From Patescibacteria group bacterium (GTDB lineage: Bacteria; Patescibacteriota; Minisyncoccia; Phycocordibacterales; Zambryskibacteraceae), in NCBI GenBank assembly GCA_004322205.1, contig SCSN01000007.1, forward strand, positions 1 to 58,823: a stretch of 58,823 nt of DNA, given 5' to 3'. Below, in pieces: positions 8,820-18,239 of the stretch (positions are counted from its first letter, which is position 1; every line of letters begins with the position of its first letter). The notes under the pieces are model-generated. The model made no database searches. It saw only the letters and a list, made by a program, of their open reading frames with translations, and was not told the DNA's origin. A program made the translations under genes and the position numbers.

Positions 8820-9335
8820 TTGACGAACAAAGCACGCATCAACCATCAGATTCAAGCCCGGGAAGTTCGGGTTATCGGCCCTGCCGGCGAAAACTTCGGT
8901 GTCCTGACACTGGGCGAGGCGCTCAAGGCGGCGCAGGAGCTTAATTCGGACCTCATTGAAATTTCTCCAAACGCCACACCGCCCGTAGCCAAAATCATGG
9001 ACTACGGCAAATTCCAGTACCTAGAGAACAAAAAACTTAAAGCCGCCAAAGCCAAGAGCCGCACCGCCGAAGTCAAGACTGTCCAAGTAAAAATCGGCAC
9101 AGGAGAACATGACCTTCTGCTCAAAGCCAAGAGGGCCGGGGACTGGCTTGAAGCGGGCAATCGGGTTCAGGTTGATCTCTTCCTGCGCGGGCGGGCAAAA
9201 TACCTTGATGAAAAATTTCTGCGGGGGCGAATCGAGCGAATTCTTCGCTTAATTCCCGTGGAATTCAGCGTCGCCGAACCGGCAAAAAGAAGTCCGAAAG
9301 GTTTCACTGTTCTACTCGAGCGAGGGAAGAAATAA
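8820..9335 (+). CDS. infC: Translation initiation factor IF-3
   Basis: IF-3 N- and C-domain sequence (INHQIQAREVRVIG.., KIMDYGKFQY). The ORF is open from 8766. The TTG at 8820 gives a typical length, but the start is uncertain. Confidence 0.85.
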   Translation: MTNKARINHQIQAREVRVIGPAGENFGVLTLGEALKAAQELNSDLIEISPNATPPVAKIMDYGKFQYLENKKLKAAKAKSRTAEVKTVQVKIGTGEHDLLLKAKRAGDWLEAGNRVQVDLFLRGRAKYLDEKFLRGRIERILRLIPVEFSVAEPAKRSPKGFTVLLERGKK

Positions 9336-9457
9336 CTGCAACCCGAAAGTCCAGCCGCCGTGAAGTTGTAATGCTCCGGCTACTTGAGCTGTTATTCACA
9401 TTCTCTAGGCATTTGCCTTAAAAAGAAATTCATAGTAGCCTAGTGTTTCACCTGCAC

Positions 9458-9643
9458 ATGAAGACCAACAAAGCAGTCAGAAAACGCTTCAAGATAACCA
9501 GAGGCGGGAAGATACTCGCGCGCAAGAGCGGCCAGAATCATTTCAATGCCAAAGAGTCAGGGCGCAGGCAACTTGGCAAAAGCCGCTACGGCGCCGTGAA
9601 ACTCTCCAATAAAACAAGGAGTCGTTTTTTGGTAAATTTATAA
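9458..9643 (+). CDS. rpmI: 50S ribosomal protein L35
   Basis: MKTNKAVRKRFKITRGGKI.. is typical L35. In-frame ATG at 9458 within ORF 9443..9643. Confidence 0.9.
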   Translation: MKTNKAVRKRFKITRGGKILARKSGQNHFNAKESGRRQLGKSRYGAVKLSNKTRSRFLVNL

Positions 9644-9668
9644 GGAGCGTAGCGACTATGTAAATTAC

Positions 9669-9777
9669 CACCCAGCACCATTTTTAAATATGAAATTATG
9701 TTTCATAAAAAATAATACAGTGCTAAAACAAACTTCTGGTGACCACGTAGAGTTGTTATTAAAAATGGTGCTGGGTG
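9669..9777. repeat. Family-B intergenic hairpin element (copy B3) between rpmI and rplT
   Basis: 19-bp perfect terminal inverted repeat cacccagcaccatttttaa / ttaaaaatggtgctgggtg flanking 71 nt. The CCCAGCAC core is shared with the elements at 30124 and 35791. Confidence 0.75.
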
Positions 9778-9815
9778 AAGATTTTTATATTCATTTCATT
9801 CATTAAAAATCAATC

Positions 9816-10160
9816 ATGACCCGAGTTAAAAAAGCAGTTCACGCCCTTAAAACCAGACGCAAAATTCTCCGCCAGGCAAAAGGCTATCGCTTTGCCCGCA
9901 GCAAAAAAGAGCGCGCCGCAAACGAAGCGCTTGTTCACGCCGGCAGTTACGCTTTTGCCCATCGCCGTGACAAGAAAGGTGACTTTCGGAGACTCTGGAC
10001 AGTGCGCCTGAACGCTCACCTTCGGGCGCTCGGACTCTCCTACAGCAAATTTATGGGTACGGTCAAAAAAAAGAAAATCGGACTGGACAGAAAAATCCTC
10101 GCTACACTGGCGGAAACTAAACCGGAAACTTTCAGAAAAATCGTCGAGAAAGTCTCATGA
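9816..10160 (+). CDS. rplT: 50S ribosomal protein L20
   Basis: 114-aa ORF, MTRVKKAVHALKTRRKILRQAKGYRF.. Confidence 0.95.
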   Translation: MTRVKKAVHALKTRRKILRQAKGYRFARSKKERAANEALVHAGSYAFAHRRDKKGDFRRLWTVRLNAHLRALGLSYSKFMGTVKKKKIGLDRKILATLAETKPETFRKIVEKVS

Positions 10161-10224
10161 CAAAAAATCCCCCGTTCGGTTTTTATCAAGAATTAAAGCG
10201 CTCGAGAAGCTTTTTTGCCAACTC

Positions 10225-13200
10225 CTACCAGCCCCAGCCGGGATCGATGTTCCAGGCTCGCAGACGGCCCCACCACACTGATTGGGGTATGATCGGCCCT
10301 TGATTCATGTTTCGCCCCAGCGCCATTCCATATATTGAACTCCTGTTAATTACCGTGTTCTTGATTGACATAAGTGGAACGCCGTCTATCCTGATTTCCA
10401 TAAGACCATCTGGAACATTCGTAGCAGACGATACTTTCATGTGTTCTCTGATATAATGCCACTGGCCGTTAGTAATTACGCTCCACTGAATACTTGCTGG
10501 ACCCCCCGACAGGAAGAATTGTTCATTGTCGGGCGGGCCTCCTGAATAATTTCTTCTCGGTGGATTGCCTAGCCCTTGGCTACCTACGACTAGACTGAAT
10601 CTTGATACGCTAGGATACACTCTTCCAAATAGGAATTTATAACCATTTGATGAGACTCCAGTACATTGTTGAACATAAGTTTCAAACCCGGGAGTGAATT
10701 TAAACCATCCTTCAAACCAAACTTCCTTTTCTTGTTTAGGGAATTGTATATTTCTTCCTATAGTATAATCGCGACAAAGATTTGGATCATTTGTTCGGTC
10801 TGGGAAATCGTATCGCATGCTCTTTCCTGTCATTCCTGGCGGAGTATCAGTATCAAGAGCAATCCTATTTACACCCTTATCCTCATTAGCACCACTCCAC
10901 ATTGGGTTCGGATAGGCGAGAAGATCTGCTGTTGTTGAATAATTACTAAAGTCTTCTTCTATCCAAGGTTGTACTCCTGCAGTTACCTTTATGAGAAAAT
11001 CTTCCACGCTCCAGCCGTCAGGAAGAGAGGCGTAATATATATTCCACCAATTATATCCACCTGCTGCTACTGGACCGCCTCTGACTGTGCCTTGAGCGCC
11101 CAAAGCTTGAGTCCCAAGCAGAGTGCCATTTGGCATAGCTCTGACGTTGAGGAGGTTGGCGGTGGTTTGGACAAAATCTCCAATTTGGAATTTGGTTGAA
11201 GACGGTTGTGTCACGGTTACGGTAGTGCTCTGGTTTGTGGTTCCCCCACTTCCGGTACATGCGAGAGTGTAGGTAGTTGTGACTGCGGGAGTAACTAATT
11301 GACTTCCTGATGCGCTAGTTAATGTCGTCCAAGGTGCGAAGCATGAAGTAGCATTTATTGAACTCCATGTGAGGGTTGAAGGGCCGGCTGTTATTGAGGA
11401 AGGAGAAGCAAAGAGAGTGACGATGGGAGCCGAGATACCACTATTCACCGCCGTTCGCCATCTTGCAATATAAACGTAAGCATCCTGTAAGATTGGACTT
11501 GGTGAACCGTTTGTTGGGTTCCAAGTTAATCCGCGGAAACCGGGATTGCCAGTAGGGGGAGTTATCATAATATTCTGAGCGTTTATTCTCCTAACTCCGT
11601 CAACCCACAACTCAAATGATCCATCACTTTGCCCAGGCGTTCCGGCTCGAATACGACGCTCCACCAAATACCATTTACCAAGTGGCAAAAGCGCAAACGA
11701 GGTCGAGTACTGCTGTCCCAAACCAGTGTACGCTCCACCAAATTGCGTTGCGAACCCAAATTTAAATGCGTTTGGACCGTAGAAGCCAATAAAGTGGTTC
11801 GTCAATCCATTGTTTGGATTCTGCAAATAAAATCCAAATTTCGCTCCATTATTCTGGGCTGGCTCAACATAAGCTGGGTCGTGCATTATATAGAAAGCAT
11901 CATAGACATCAGAAAACACTTGCGAATTAGCAAATTGCAAATCCACCCTGAATGGCGCCGCGCCAGCCGGAGTTCCAGCGCCATACTTTCCTTCCAAAAC
12001 TTTGGTTTGTCCCGTTGGAGACAACGGCAGACCTTTTGTCACCAAATCAGCAATCGTAAATCTTCCAGCTCCCGAAGTTATAGTCCATAGACCATTAGAG
12101 ATACTACCGGTTGGCGGGACAGTTGTATTAAATGTTTCGTCAGAAATTACCGTGTGCCCTGATGGTTGGTTCGGGAATTGTACTGGTGTCGGTGTTGGGG
12201 TTGGGGTTGGGGTTGGGGTTGGGGTAGAGCCAGACCAGCCGGGATCTTGATCCCAGGTGCGCACACGTCCCCACTGCACTCGCACAACACTGTTGGCGGT
12301 CTGCTGATTCATATTAGCTCCCAGCGACCAGCTCCAGATCTTGCCGCCCTGTGCTGAAACAATGCCAGAATCATACTGAAGCACTCCGTCAAGCCATACC
12401 TGTAAGATTCCGCTGGAACCGCGCTTGGCGTGAAATCGGAAAGTGTGCGGCTGATTATCGGCGTATTTAGCCCATGAAGGTTTATTTAAGGTGACCGGTG
12501 AAAAACCCGGAACCTCGTAGCTTGTTTGGTGCGTCTGGAAAATTCCGATCATGTTTCCGAACCGCTGTGCACCAGATGGAGGTTGGGGCGACGTGATACG
12601 CGCAAAGATATATTTGTATGCGCTGCTGCTCTTTCCTACGCACTCGGGTGCGTAGGTCTCAAAGTTCACGAGTCGCACTTCGAACTCCCCCCAGACTTCG
12701 TCCAAAGGACGGCCGGTTCCGCCCGCAACGCCCGTGCCAAAGTCCATGTTGGGACCAATTGAGTGATCTATACAATTAGCCGTAGCGCCACGTTGGAACT
12801 TGTATTCCATGTAAGCGCCGTTCGAACCGAAGCCGGGAATCCACTCTGAATCAAGACCCTTGGCAGGATCGTTGTCTATGTATTGGTAACGCAAGAAAAC
12901 ACTGTTCGGATCATCCGCAGGTTCGTTCGTCCAGACACCATTAGGATTGGAAGCGCTATAAATGTCCGAGAGCATAGCCGTCTTGGTATTCCAGCGGCTG
13001 AATTGAATATCTTGGAATGGCTGAACCGATGCAGAAGACACGCTAACCGTAGCAGATTGACTAGCACTTCCTCCCGCTCCTATACAAGTAAGAGTGTAAG
13101 TAGTGTTTACTGTCGGTGAAACTAATTGAGTTCCCGAGATTGCTTTTGTTCCTGACCATCCACTACTTGCCGTGCATGAAGTGGCATTGGTTGAGCTCCA

Positions 13201-14490
13201 AGTGAGAGTTGATGATTGGCCTGGTGTGATTGTGGTTGGTGGGGCGGTGAGGGTGACGGTAGGGGTAGGAGTCGGCGGAGAGCTGTAGACAGCACTGACT
13301 TTTGCTGCGTATGGGCAAAATCGCTTCCCCAACCATTGAGAAAGAGTGGACTCTACATAGGATGGTCTGGCATCACAAACTTCCATGAAGACCTGGCCTA
13401 GAACTATGGTGGAAGGATCAAGATGCCAGCTCCAAGGCGAATTAAATCCCCCGTTACTTGAATTAATAATACCACTGACAATCAAACTTCTTGACCCGTT
13501 AAGATCATTGAGCGCTTGTTGAACAGTGGCTGGATCAGTCATTTTAACAAGAAACGATTCATTCTGGTTGTCTATCATGACGTACTTGAAGTATTTTGCG
13601 GTAGTTTGAGTGGTGACTGTCACGGTTGCGCTCTGACTGGCTGATCCACCCGAGCCGGTGCAGGTCAGAGTGTAGGTGGTGGTAATTGTCGGAAAGAAAA
13701 TTTGGGAGCCGGAGATTGAGCGCGAGCCGCTCCAGCCATTACTTGCCGTACAACTTGTGGCATTGGTTGAGCTCCATGTGAGTGTTGATGATTGACCGGA
13801 AGTTATTGAGGAAGGAAAAGCGGAGAAGGTGAGAGTGGGTGAGGGGGTGGGAGTTGGTGAGGGAGATGGAATCTCTGAAGAAACAGTGACTGTCACGCCC
13901 CGGCTTGCAGTTCCCCCGCGGCCGGTGCAAGAGAGGGTATAGAGAGTGGTGGTGGTCGGGAAGAAAGATTGCTCGCCGGAGGTTGAACGTGACCCGTCCC
14001 ATCCGCCGGAAGCGCTACAAGAGGTGGAGTTGGTGGAGGACCAAGTCAGAGTGACAGCTTGACCTGAAGTAATAGCGGCCCGGCTAGCGCTCAAAACAAC
14101 GGACGGTTTTTCGGCTATCGGCTCTGTTCCCTTTTCAGAGGCGGTAGTGACGGTAACTGACTTTGAAACCGTACCGAAAGAAAGAGTGTAAGTGGTAGTT
14201 TGAAGAATGGGCTTGGTCACCTTGTCCCCTTTGTAATTAACAAAAAGGTTTGCAAACTGTCCGCCGTTCAATTTGCCGTCAGGACATGCGGAGCTTGCCT
14301 GCCAAGCGAGAACTACCTCCTGCCCCGCCGCGATTGAAGATGGGTTTGCAGTAAATGAGCTTATGGTGCAAAGCGATGAAGAAACTTCGGCGAGATTGCG
14401 CGAAGTGAGCGTGGAAATGAGAGTACTAATATTCTGAATAGCAAAAAGCAAAGCCGCCGCGATCGCCGCGGACAGGATTAAACGCTTCAT
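10225..14490 (-). CDS. Giant secreted multidomain surface protein
   Basis: 1421-aa ORF with a signal peptide. It has at least 6 copies of a ~90-aa Cys-pair Ig-like module (TLTWSSTNATSC..GW.GS....TTYTL.C.G.GG), an SH3b-like segment and PT linkers. Two paralogous ~260-aa jelly-roll-like modules end in WGR(V/L)R(T/A)W..DPGW, and a third related module ends YIARWRTAV. Confidence 0.85.
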   Translation of the reverse strand: MKRLILSAAIAAALLFAIQNISTLISTLTSRNLAEVSSSLCTISSFTANPSSIAAGQEVVLAWQASSACPDGKLNGGQFANLFVNYKGDKVTKPILQTTTYTLSFGTVSKSVTVTTASEKGTEPIAEKPSVVLSASRAAITSGQAVTLTWSSTNSTSCSASGGWDGSRSTSGEQSFFPTTTTLYTLSCTGRGGTASRGVTVTVSSEIPSPSPTPTPSPTLTFSAFPSSITSGQSSTLTWSSTNATSCTASNGWSGSRSISGSQIFFPTITTTYTLTCTGSGGSASQSATVTVTTQTTAKYFKYVMIDNQNESFLVKMTDPATVQQALNDLNGSRSLIVSGIINSSNGGFNSPWSWHLDPSTIVLGQVFMEVCDARPSYVESTLSQWLGKRFCPYAAKVSAVYSSPPTPTPTVTLTAPPTTITPGQSSTLTWSSTNATSCTASSGWSGTKAISGTQLVSPTVNTTYTLTCIGAGGSASQSATVSVSSASVQPFQDIQFSRWNTKTAMLSDIYSASNPNGVWTNEPADDPNSVFLRYQYIDNDPAKGLDSEWIPGFGSNGAYMEYKFQRGATANCIDHSIGPNMDFGTGVAGGTGRPLDEVWGEFEVRLVNFETYAPECVGKSSSAYKYIFARITSPQPPSGAQRFGNMIGIFQTHQTSYEVPGFSPVTLNKPSWAKYADNQPHTFRFHAKRGSSGILQVWLDGVLQYDSGIVSAQGGKIWSWSLGANMNQQTANSVVRVQWGRVRTWDQDPGWSGSTPTPTPTPTPTPTPVQFPNQPSGHTVISDETFNTTVPPTGSISNGLWTITSGAGRFTIADLVTKGLPLSPTGQTKVLEGKYGAGTPAGAAPFRVDLQFANSQVFSDVYDAFYIMHDPAYVEPAQNNGAKFGFYLQNPNNGLTNHFIGFYGPNAFKFGFATQFGGAYTGLGQQYSTSFALLPLGKWYLVERRIRAGTPGQSDGSFELWVDGVRRINAQNIMITPPTGNPGFRGLTWNPTNGSPSPILQDAYVYIARWRTAVNSGISAPIVTLFASPSSITAGPSTLTWSSINATSCFAPWTTLTSASGSQLVTPAVTTTYTLACTGSGGTTNQSTTVTVTQPSSTKFQIGDFVQTTANLLNVRAMPNGTLLGTQALGAQGTVRGGPVAAGGYNWWNIYYASLPDGWSVEDFLIKVTAGVQPWIEEDFSNYSTTADLLAYPNPMWSGANEDKGVNRIALDTDTPPGMTGKSMRYDFPDRTNDPNLCRDYTIGRNIQFPKQEKEVWFEGWFKFTPGFETYVQQCTGVSSNGYKFLFGRVYPSVSRFSLVVGSQGLGNPPRRNYSGGPPDNEQFFLSGGPASIQWSVITNGQWHYIREHMKVSSATNVPDGLMEIRIDGVPLMSIKNTVINRSSIYGMALGRNMNQGPIIPQSVWWGRLRAWNIDPGWGW
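12185..12226. repeat. Hexanucleotide microsatellite (GGKGTY)7 encoding a (PT)7 linker
   Basis: ggtgtc ggtgtt then ggggtt x4 and ggggta, in frame inside the giant ORF. Confidence 0.9.
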
Positions 14491-14562
14491 AAAAGAGAAA
14501 AGAGGTTAGCTTGTATCAAGAAGTCAACCTCGCCTTGAGATACAGTATAGGGCAAAAAAAGA

Positions 14563-15954
14563 TTAGAACAGTGGATAACTCCTCCCCCGCTCGGGGACAG
14601 TGGCTGAAATTCCCGAATAATCCCTTACTCTTTGGGCTAAAAAGAAAGATGACTTCGGCTCTCCCATAACCACAAAAACCTTCCGAAGAGTTCCCTTTGA
14701 ACTTTCGGCAAATTCAATCAAGTGCTCTGAATCCATATGAGCGGAATAACCCTCAATAATCTCAACCCGGGCTCGCACTCTGACTATCGCGTCATCAATC
14801 TTTACTTCGCGCACACCGTCCTGAATCCGCCGCCCAAGCGTTCCCGGAGCTTGGTATCCGAGAAGAAGTACAGTTGTCTTCGGGTCAGGCAAGAGATGTT
14901 TCTCGTGCTCAACAACTCGTCCGCCAGTCGACATACCCGAGCCGGCAATAATGATTTTGGGGTTTGGAACAGAAATAATGTTTTGAGATTCCGCCACTCG
15001 AGCGGTTTCCTTGAGTTTGGGGAAACGAAAAACATCGTCGCCGGCCGCCATTTCTTGGCGAATCTCGGCAGAGTAGAGCGAAGAAATTGATTCGTAAATG
15101 CGGGTGATTTTTATGGCGAGCGGCGAGTCAAGAAAAACCGGAATGGAGGGGATCTGCTTTTCTTCAACCAGGTGATTAAGCTTGTGGAGGATGGTCTGGG
15201 TTCTTTCAAGAGAGAAAGCGGGAATCAGAAGTGTGCCGCCCCGCTCGATTGCCTCCCGCACCACCGTAAGAAATTTCTCTTCTCTTTCCTCTCGCGATTC
15301 GTGATTGCGGTCGCCGTAGACACTCTCAATGACAAGATAATGGATTCCGCCCGGTGGCGCTATTTTATTTTGAAGCGTCGAGTTTGTGTTGCCAAGATCA
15401 CCAGTGAAAAGCACTCGCATAGTCTCCCCCCTCCGCCCGACAACAAACTCAAACATGCTTGAGCCGAGGACGTGACCGGCATCGCGGACTGCAACTTCCA
15501 AATCTTTGCTGAAAGAAATCTTTGCCCCGTAAGAAACTGTTTTCCACAAAGCAAATGTCTTTGCCACATCGCTCTCACCGTAGAGCGGATACACGCCCAC
15601 TTTCTCTGCTCCAGTGACAAGTAAATGCAAAGCGTCAGCAAGCATGATTTCAGAAATTTTTTTCGTCTCGGCCGTTGAATAGATGACTCCCCGGAACCCT
15701 TCCCGCACCAACTTGGGGATGCGGCCGATATGGTCAAGGTGGGCGTGAGTAACCAAGAGACAATCTATGGAAGCGGGGTCGTAGCCAAACGGCGCACGGT
15801 TTTGCCGCTCGTTTTCCGCGCCTTGAAATAAGCCGCAGTCTATAAGAACGCGGAGATGACGATACTCCAGAAGAAAATTTGCTCCGGTAACCTCGCCCAC
15901 CCCGCCGTGGAACGTGAGACGGGGACTATTTGTCTCCTGCATGTTGCGCTTCAT
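14563..15954 (-). CDS. MBL-fold / beta-CASP RNA-metabolising hydrolase
   Basis: 463-aa ORF with the HAHLDHIG metallo-beta-lactamase motif, then beta-CASP-like and C-terminal RNA-specificity regions. Confidence 0.85.
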   Translation of the reverse strand: MKRNMQETNSPRLTFHGGVGEVTGANFLLEYRHLRVLIDCGLFQGAENERQNRAPFGYDPASIDCLLVTHAHLDHIGRIPKLVREGFRGVIYSTAETKKISEIMLADALHLLVTGAEKVGVYPLYGESDVAKTFALWKTVSYGAKISFSKDLEVAVRDAGHVLGSSMFEFVVGRRGETMRVLFTGDLGNTNSTLQNKIAPPGGIHYLVIESVYGDRNHESREEREEKFLTVVREAIERGGTLLIPAFSLERTQTILHKLNHLVEEKQIPSIPVFLDSPLAIKITRIYESISSLYSAEIRQEMAAGDDVFRFPKLKETARVAESQNIISVPNPKIIIAGSGMSTGGRVVEHEKHLLPDPKTTVLLLGYQAPGTLGRRIQDGVREVKIDDAIVRVRARVEIIEGYSAHMDSEHLIEFAESSKGTLRKVFVVMGEPKSSFFLAQRVRDYSGISATVPERGRSYPLF

Positions 15955-16333
15955 TCGTTCGAAGAATAACTACATAGACCAGAGCAACGATGCCGCCCAG
16001 AGCGGTCATGACAATATCGAGCAGAGTATCAACAGTATAGCTTGAGGAAATAAATGTTACGCCAAAGAGAAATTCGAAAATCTCCCAAAAGATTGCGGCA
16101 ACAAGCGAGCTTACGATAGCCAGAAGCGTTAGTGCCTGCCAAGAAAGTTTTGCCACAATTCTGCGCACATACCAGAAGACCAGAAGCGCCACGAAAACGC
16201 CAGCCAGTGCATGCACCGGAAGATCGAACCACCAATAATTCCAAAAGAGAGAAAGCCGCAGAGCTTCAAGATAAAGCCAGATAAGAGCAAAGAGAAGCAC
16301 GACAACCGGTGCAAAGAAAATTCGTCCCGACAT
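15926..16333 (-). CDS. Small integral membrane protein (VanZ-like pattern)
   Basis: 135-aa ORF with 4 TM helices. The DLPVHALAG and WEIFEF...D..LD...ALGG patterns are reminiscent of VanZ-type proteins. Weak call. Confidence 0.5.
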   Translation of the reverse strand: MSGRIFFAPVVVLLFALIWLYLEALRLSLFWNYWWFDLPVHALAGVFVALLVFWYVRRIVAKLSWQALTLLAIVSSLVAAIFWEIFEFLFGVTFISSSYTVDTLLDIVMTALGGIVALVYVVILRTNEAQHAGDK

Positions 16334-16767
16334 AGCTCTACATCATTATGAAGTTAAACATCAAATTAAGATACCCACGTCTCCGTGGGTGCCTTAAGGG
16401 GGCTACTTGTGCATGTACCCTAGCGTAAACTAGGTGGGTGCCTGCAGGAGTGTCCGTTGGAGTCTGCTTTTGGCGGACTCGCCCCGACATTCCGATTGAG
16501 GCTCCCTGAAAAATAACTTTAATCTAGATAACATGCCAAATAACCCTATCAACATTGTAGTCCTACCGAGCAAGGAAAAAAGTGTTTATAGCGCATTAGA
16601 AAACATCGGGAAGAAAAAATAAAGTTAATAGCTGAAAATATCACGTTGACTCGGCTTTTTTCGGAAGGTCTTTTTCACTTCATGACAATTTCAAAATAGG
16701 CTTACTTGGGAGCTCGGCTCCCAAGTGCTAAAAAGTCTAACTTGGTCGGGGCTTGGCTGAAGAACCT

Positions 16768-17538
16768 TTATTCTTTGGTGAGAACTATAGGTTCGTTCTC
16801 TGTAATCGCGATGGTGTGCTCAAAATGCGCGCTGTTTTTGCCGTCGCGGGTCTTGAAAGTAAAACCGTCTTTATCAAGAACAATGTCGCCGCTGCCGAGA
16901 GTAAACATCGGCTCCACTGCAAGCACCATGCCGGGTTTCAAAAGCTCTCCCTCGCCGACCGTTCCCGTATTGGGCACGTACGGATCTTCGTGAACATCGT
17001 ATCCAACGCCGTGACCGGCGAGCCCTTCTGCTATGGAAAATCCTCGCGCTCGCGCAACAGCTTCAATTGCTGCTCCAATATCACCGACATGAGCGCCGCC
17101 GCGGGCGGCGGCGATGCCGGCCTCAAGTGCCTCTTTGGTTGCCTCAATGAGACGGCGAGCATCTGAAGAAACCTCTCCCACCGGCAAGGTCACCGCCATA
17201 TCGGTAACGAGCTCCCAATGAATAAGCCCAAGGTCTAAGCTGACAATGTCGCCCTCCGCCAAAATCTTGGGCCGCTCGTTGGGAATACCGTGGACAATCT
17301 CGTCATTCACTGAAATGCAGAGCGCCGCCGGGTACTTCCGGCGCGCTCCATCGGGACGGTAGTGGAGAAAGGCCGGAGAATCTCCGAACTCACGAACGCG
17401 CTTCTCTGCCGTCTCGTTGAGCTCGATTGTGCTCACGCCGGGCGCAATCTGACCCGCCAGCTCGGCGACAATGCGGGCATGATGTTTCCCTCCCTCGCGC
17501 AAAATTTCTATCTCCTGCGGAGTCTTATAAGTGATCAT
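16768..17538 (-). CDS. map: Methionine aminopeptidase type I
   Basis: 256-aa ORF with metal-ligand context (DIVSLDLG, HGVGYDVHE, VLAVEPM, EHT). Confidence 0.95.
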   Translation of the reverse strand: MITYKTPQEIEILREGGKHHARIVAELAGQIAPGVSTIELNETAEKRVREFGDSPAFLHYRPDGARRKYPAALCISVNDEIVHGIPNERPKILAEGDIVSLDLGLIHWELVTDMAVTLPVGEVSSDARRLIEATKEALEAGIAAARGGAHVGDIGAAIEAVARARGFSIAEGLAGHGVGYDVHEDPYVPNTGTVGEGELLKPGMVLAVEPMFTLGSGDIVLDKDGFTFKTRDGKNSAHFEHTIAITENEPIVLTKE

Positions 17539-18134
17539 CTGGAAGGAGGGGGTTCAAGCGAGACAATGATACTGCGCTGAACTGTCTCTATGGTTTGCTC
17601 TCCGTTTATTTCGTGGAAAGAGAAAAAAGGGTTGCTTTTGAAAAAATCAATTGCCGGAAGCACATCTCTATCAAACCAGTCGAGACGTTTCTCAATCTTT
17701 GATACATCAAGGTCATCGTATCGCTTCCTTGAAATGAGGTGCTTGCGCGACCACCCTCGAGAGACATCGAGATGAACAATAATTGGCTTTTCGAAATGAA
17801 AAAAACGCAAAGCAGTTTCTACAATTTTCGCCTCGGGCAATGACCGCGGGGTGCCGTTAAAAATAAGATGCTCTCTGCCATTATAGTGAGACAAGATAGT
17901 CCTGGTCCACATAAAACATGCCAGGAAATCCGGCTGCCGGTCGCCGCTTTCATAAATTGCCTTCGACAGCTTGTTCGGATATCCCTCTTCAGCAAAAAAC
18001 TTTCGAAAAGATTCGCCTTCCTCAATCAAAAGTATGGGAGTGTCGCTTTTTTGTTTTAAGAAATCAGACAAAAGCGAGATTTGAGTGTCTTTCCCGCATC
18101 CAGAGCGACCGATGAAGATAAATGCTTGTGGCAT
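17535..18134 (-). CDS. adk: Adenylate kinase-like nucleotide kinase (divergent, no Zn lid)
   Basis: P-loop GRSGCGKDTQ, FNGTPRS (compare DGFPR), a C-terminal KRL..F pattern, and the canonical secY-adk-map position. Confidence 0.75.
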   Translation of the reverse strand: MPQAFIFIGRSGCGKDTQISLLSDFLKQKSDTPILLIEEGESFRKFFAEEGYPNKLSKAIYESGDRQPDFLACFMWTRTILSHYNGREHLIFNGTPRSLPEAKIVETALRFFHFEKPIIVHLDVSRGWSRKHLISRKRYDDLDVSKIEKRLDWFDRDVLPAIDFFKSNPFFSFHEINGEQTIETVQRSIIVSLEPPPSR

Positions 18135-18239
18135 TACAACAGCTGATCAGCTTCTTAGCTTTAATTAGCTTTTTAGCTCCACTTATTATAGCCCCCTTTT
18201 TTTAATTAGCTAACCAGCTAATTAGCTGAAAGCTTGTTT

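Noticed and set aside
12185-12226. (GGGGTT)n read as a telomere-like or G-quadruplex repeat
   Set aside because: It is in frame inside a long ORF and encodes a PT linker, like other PT/PS tracts in the same protein.
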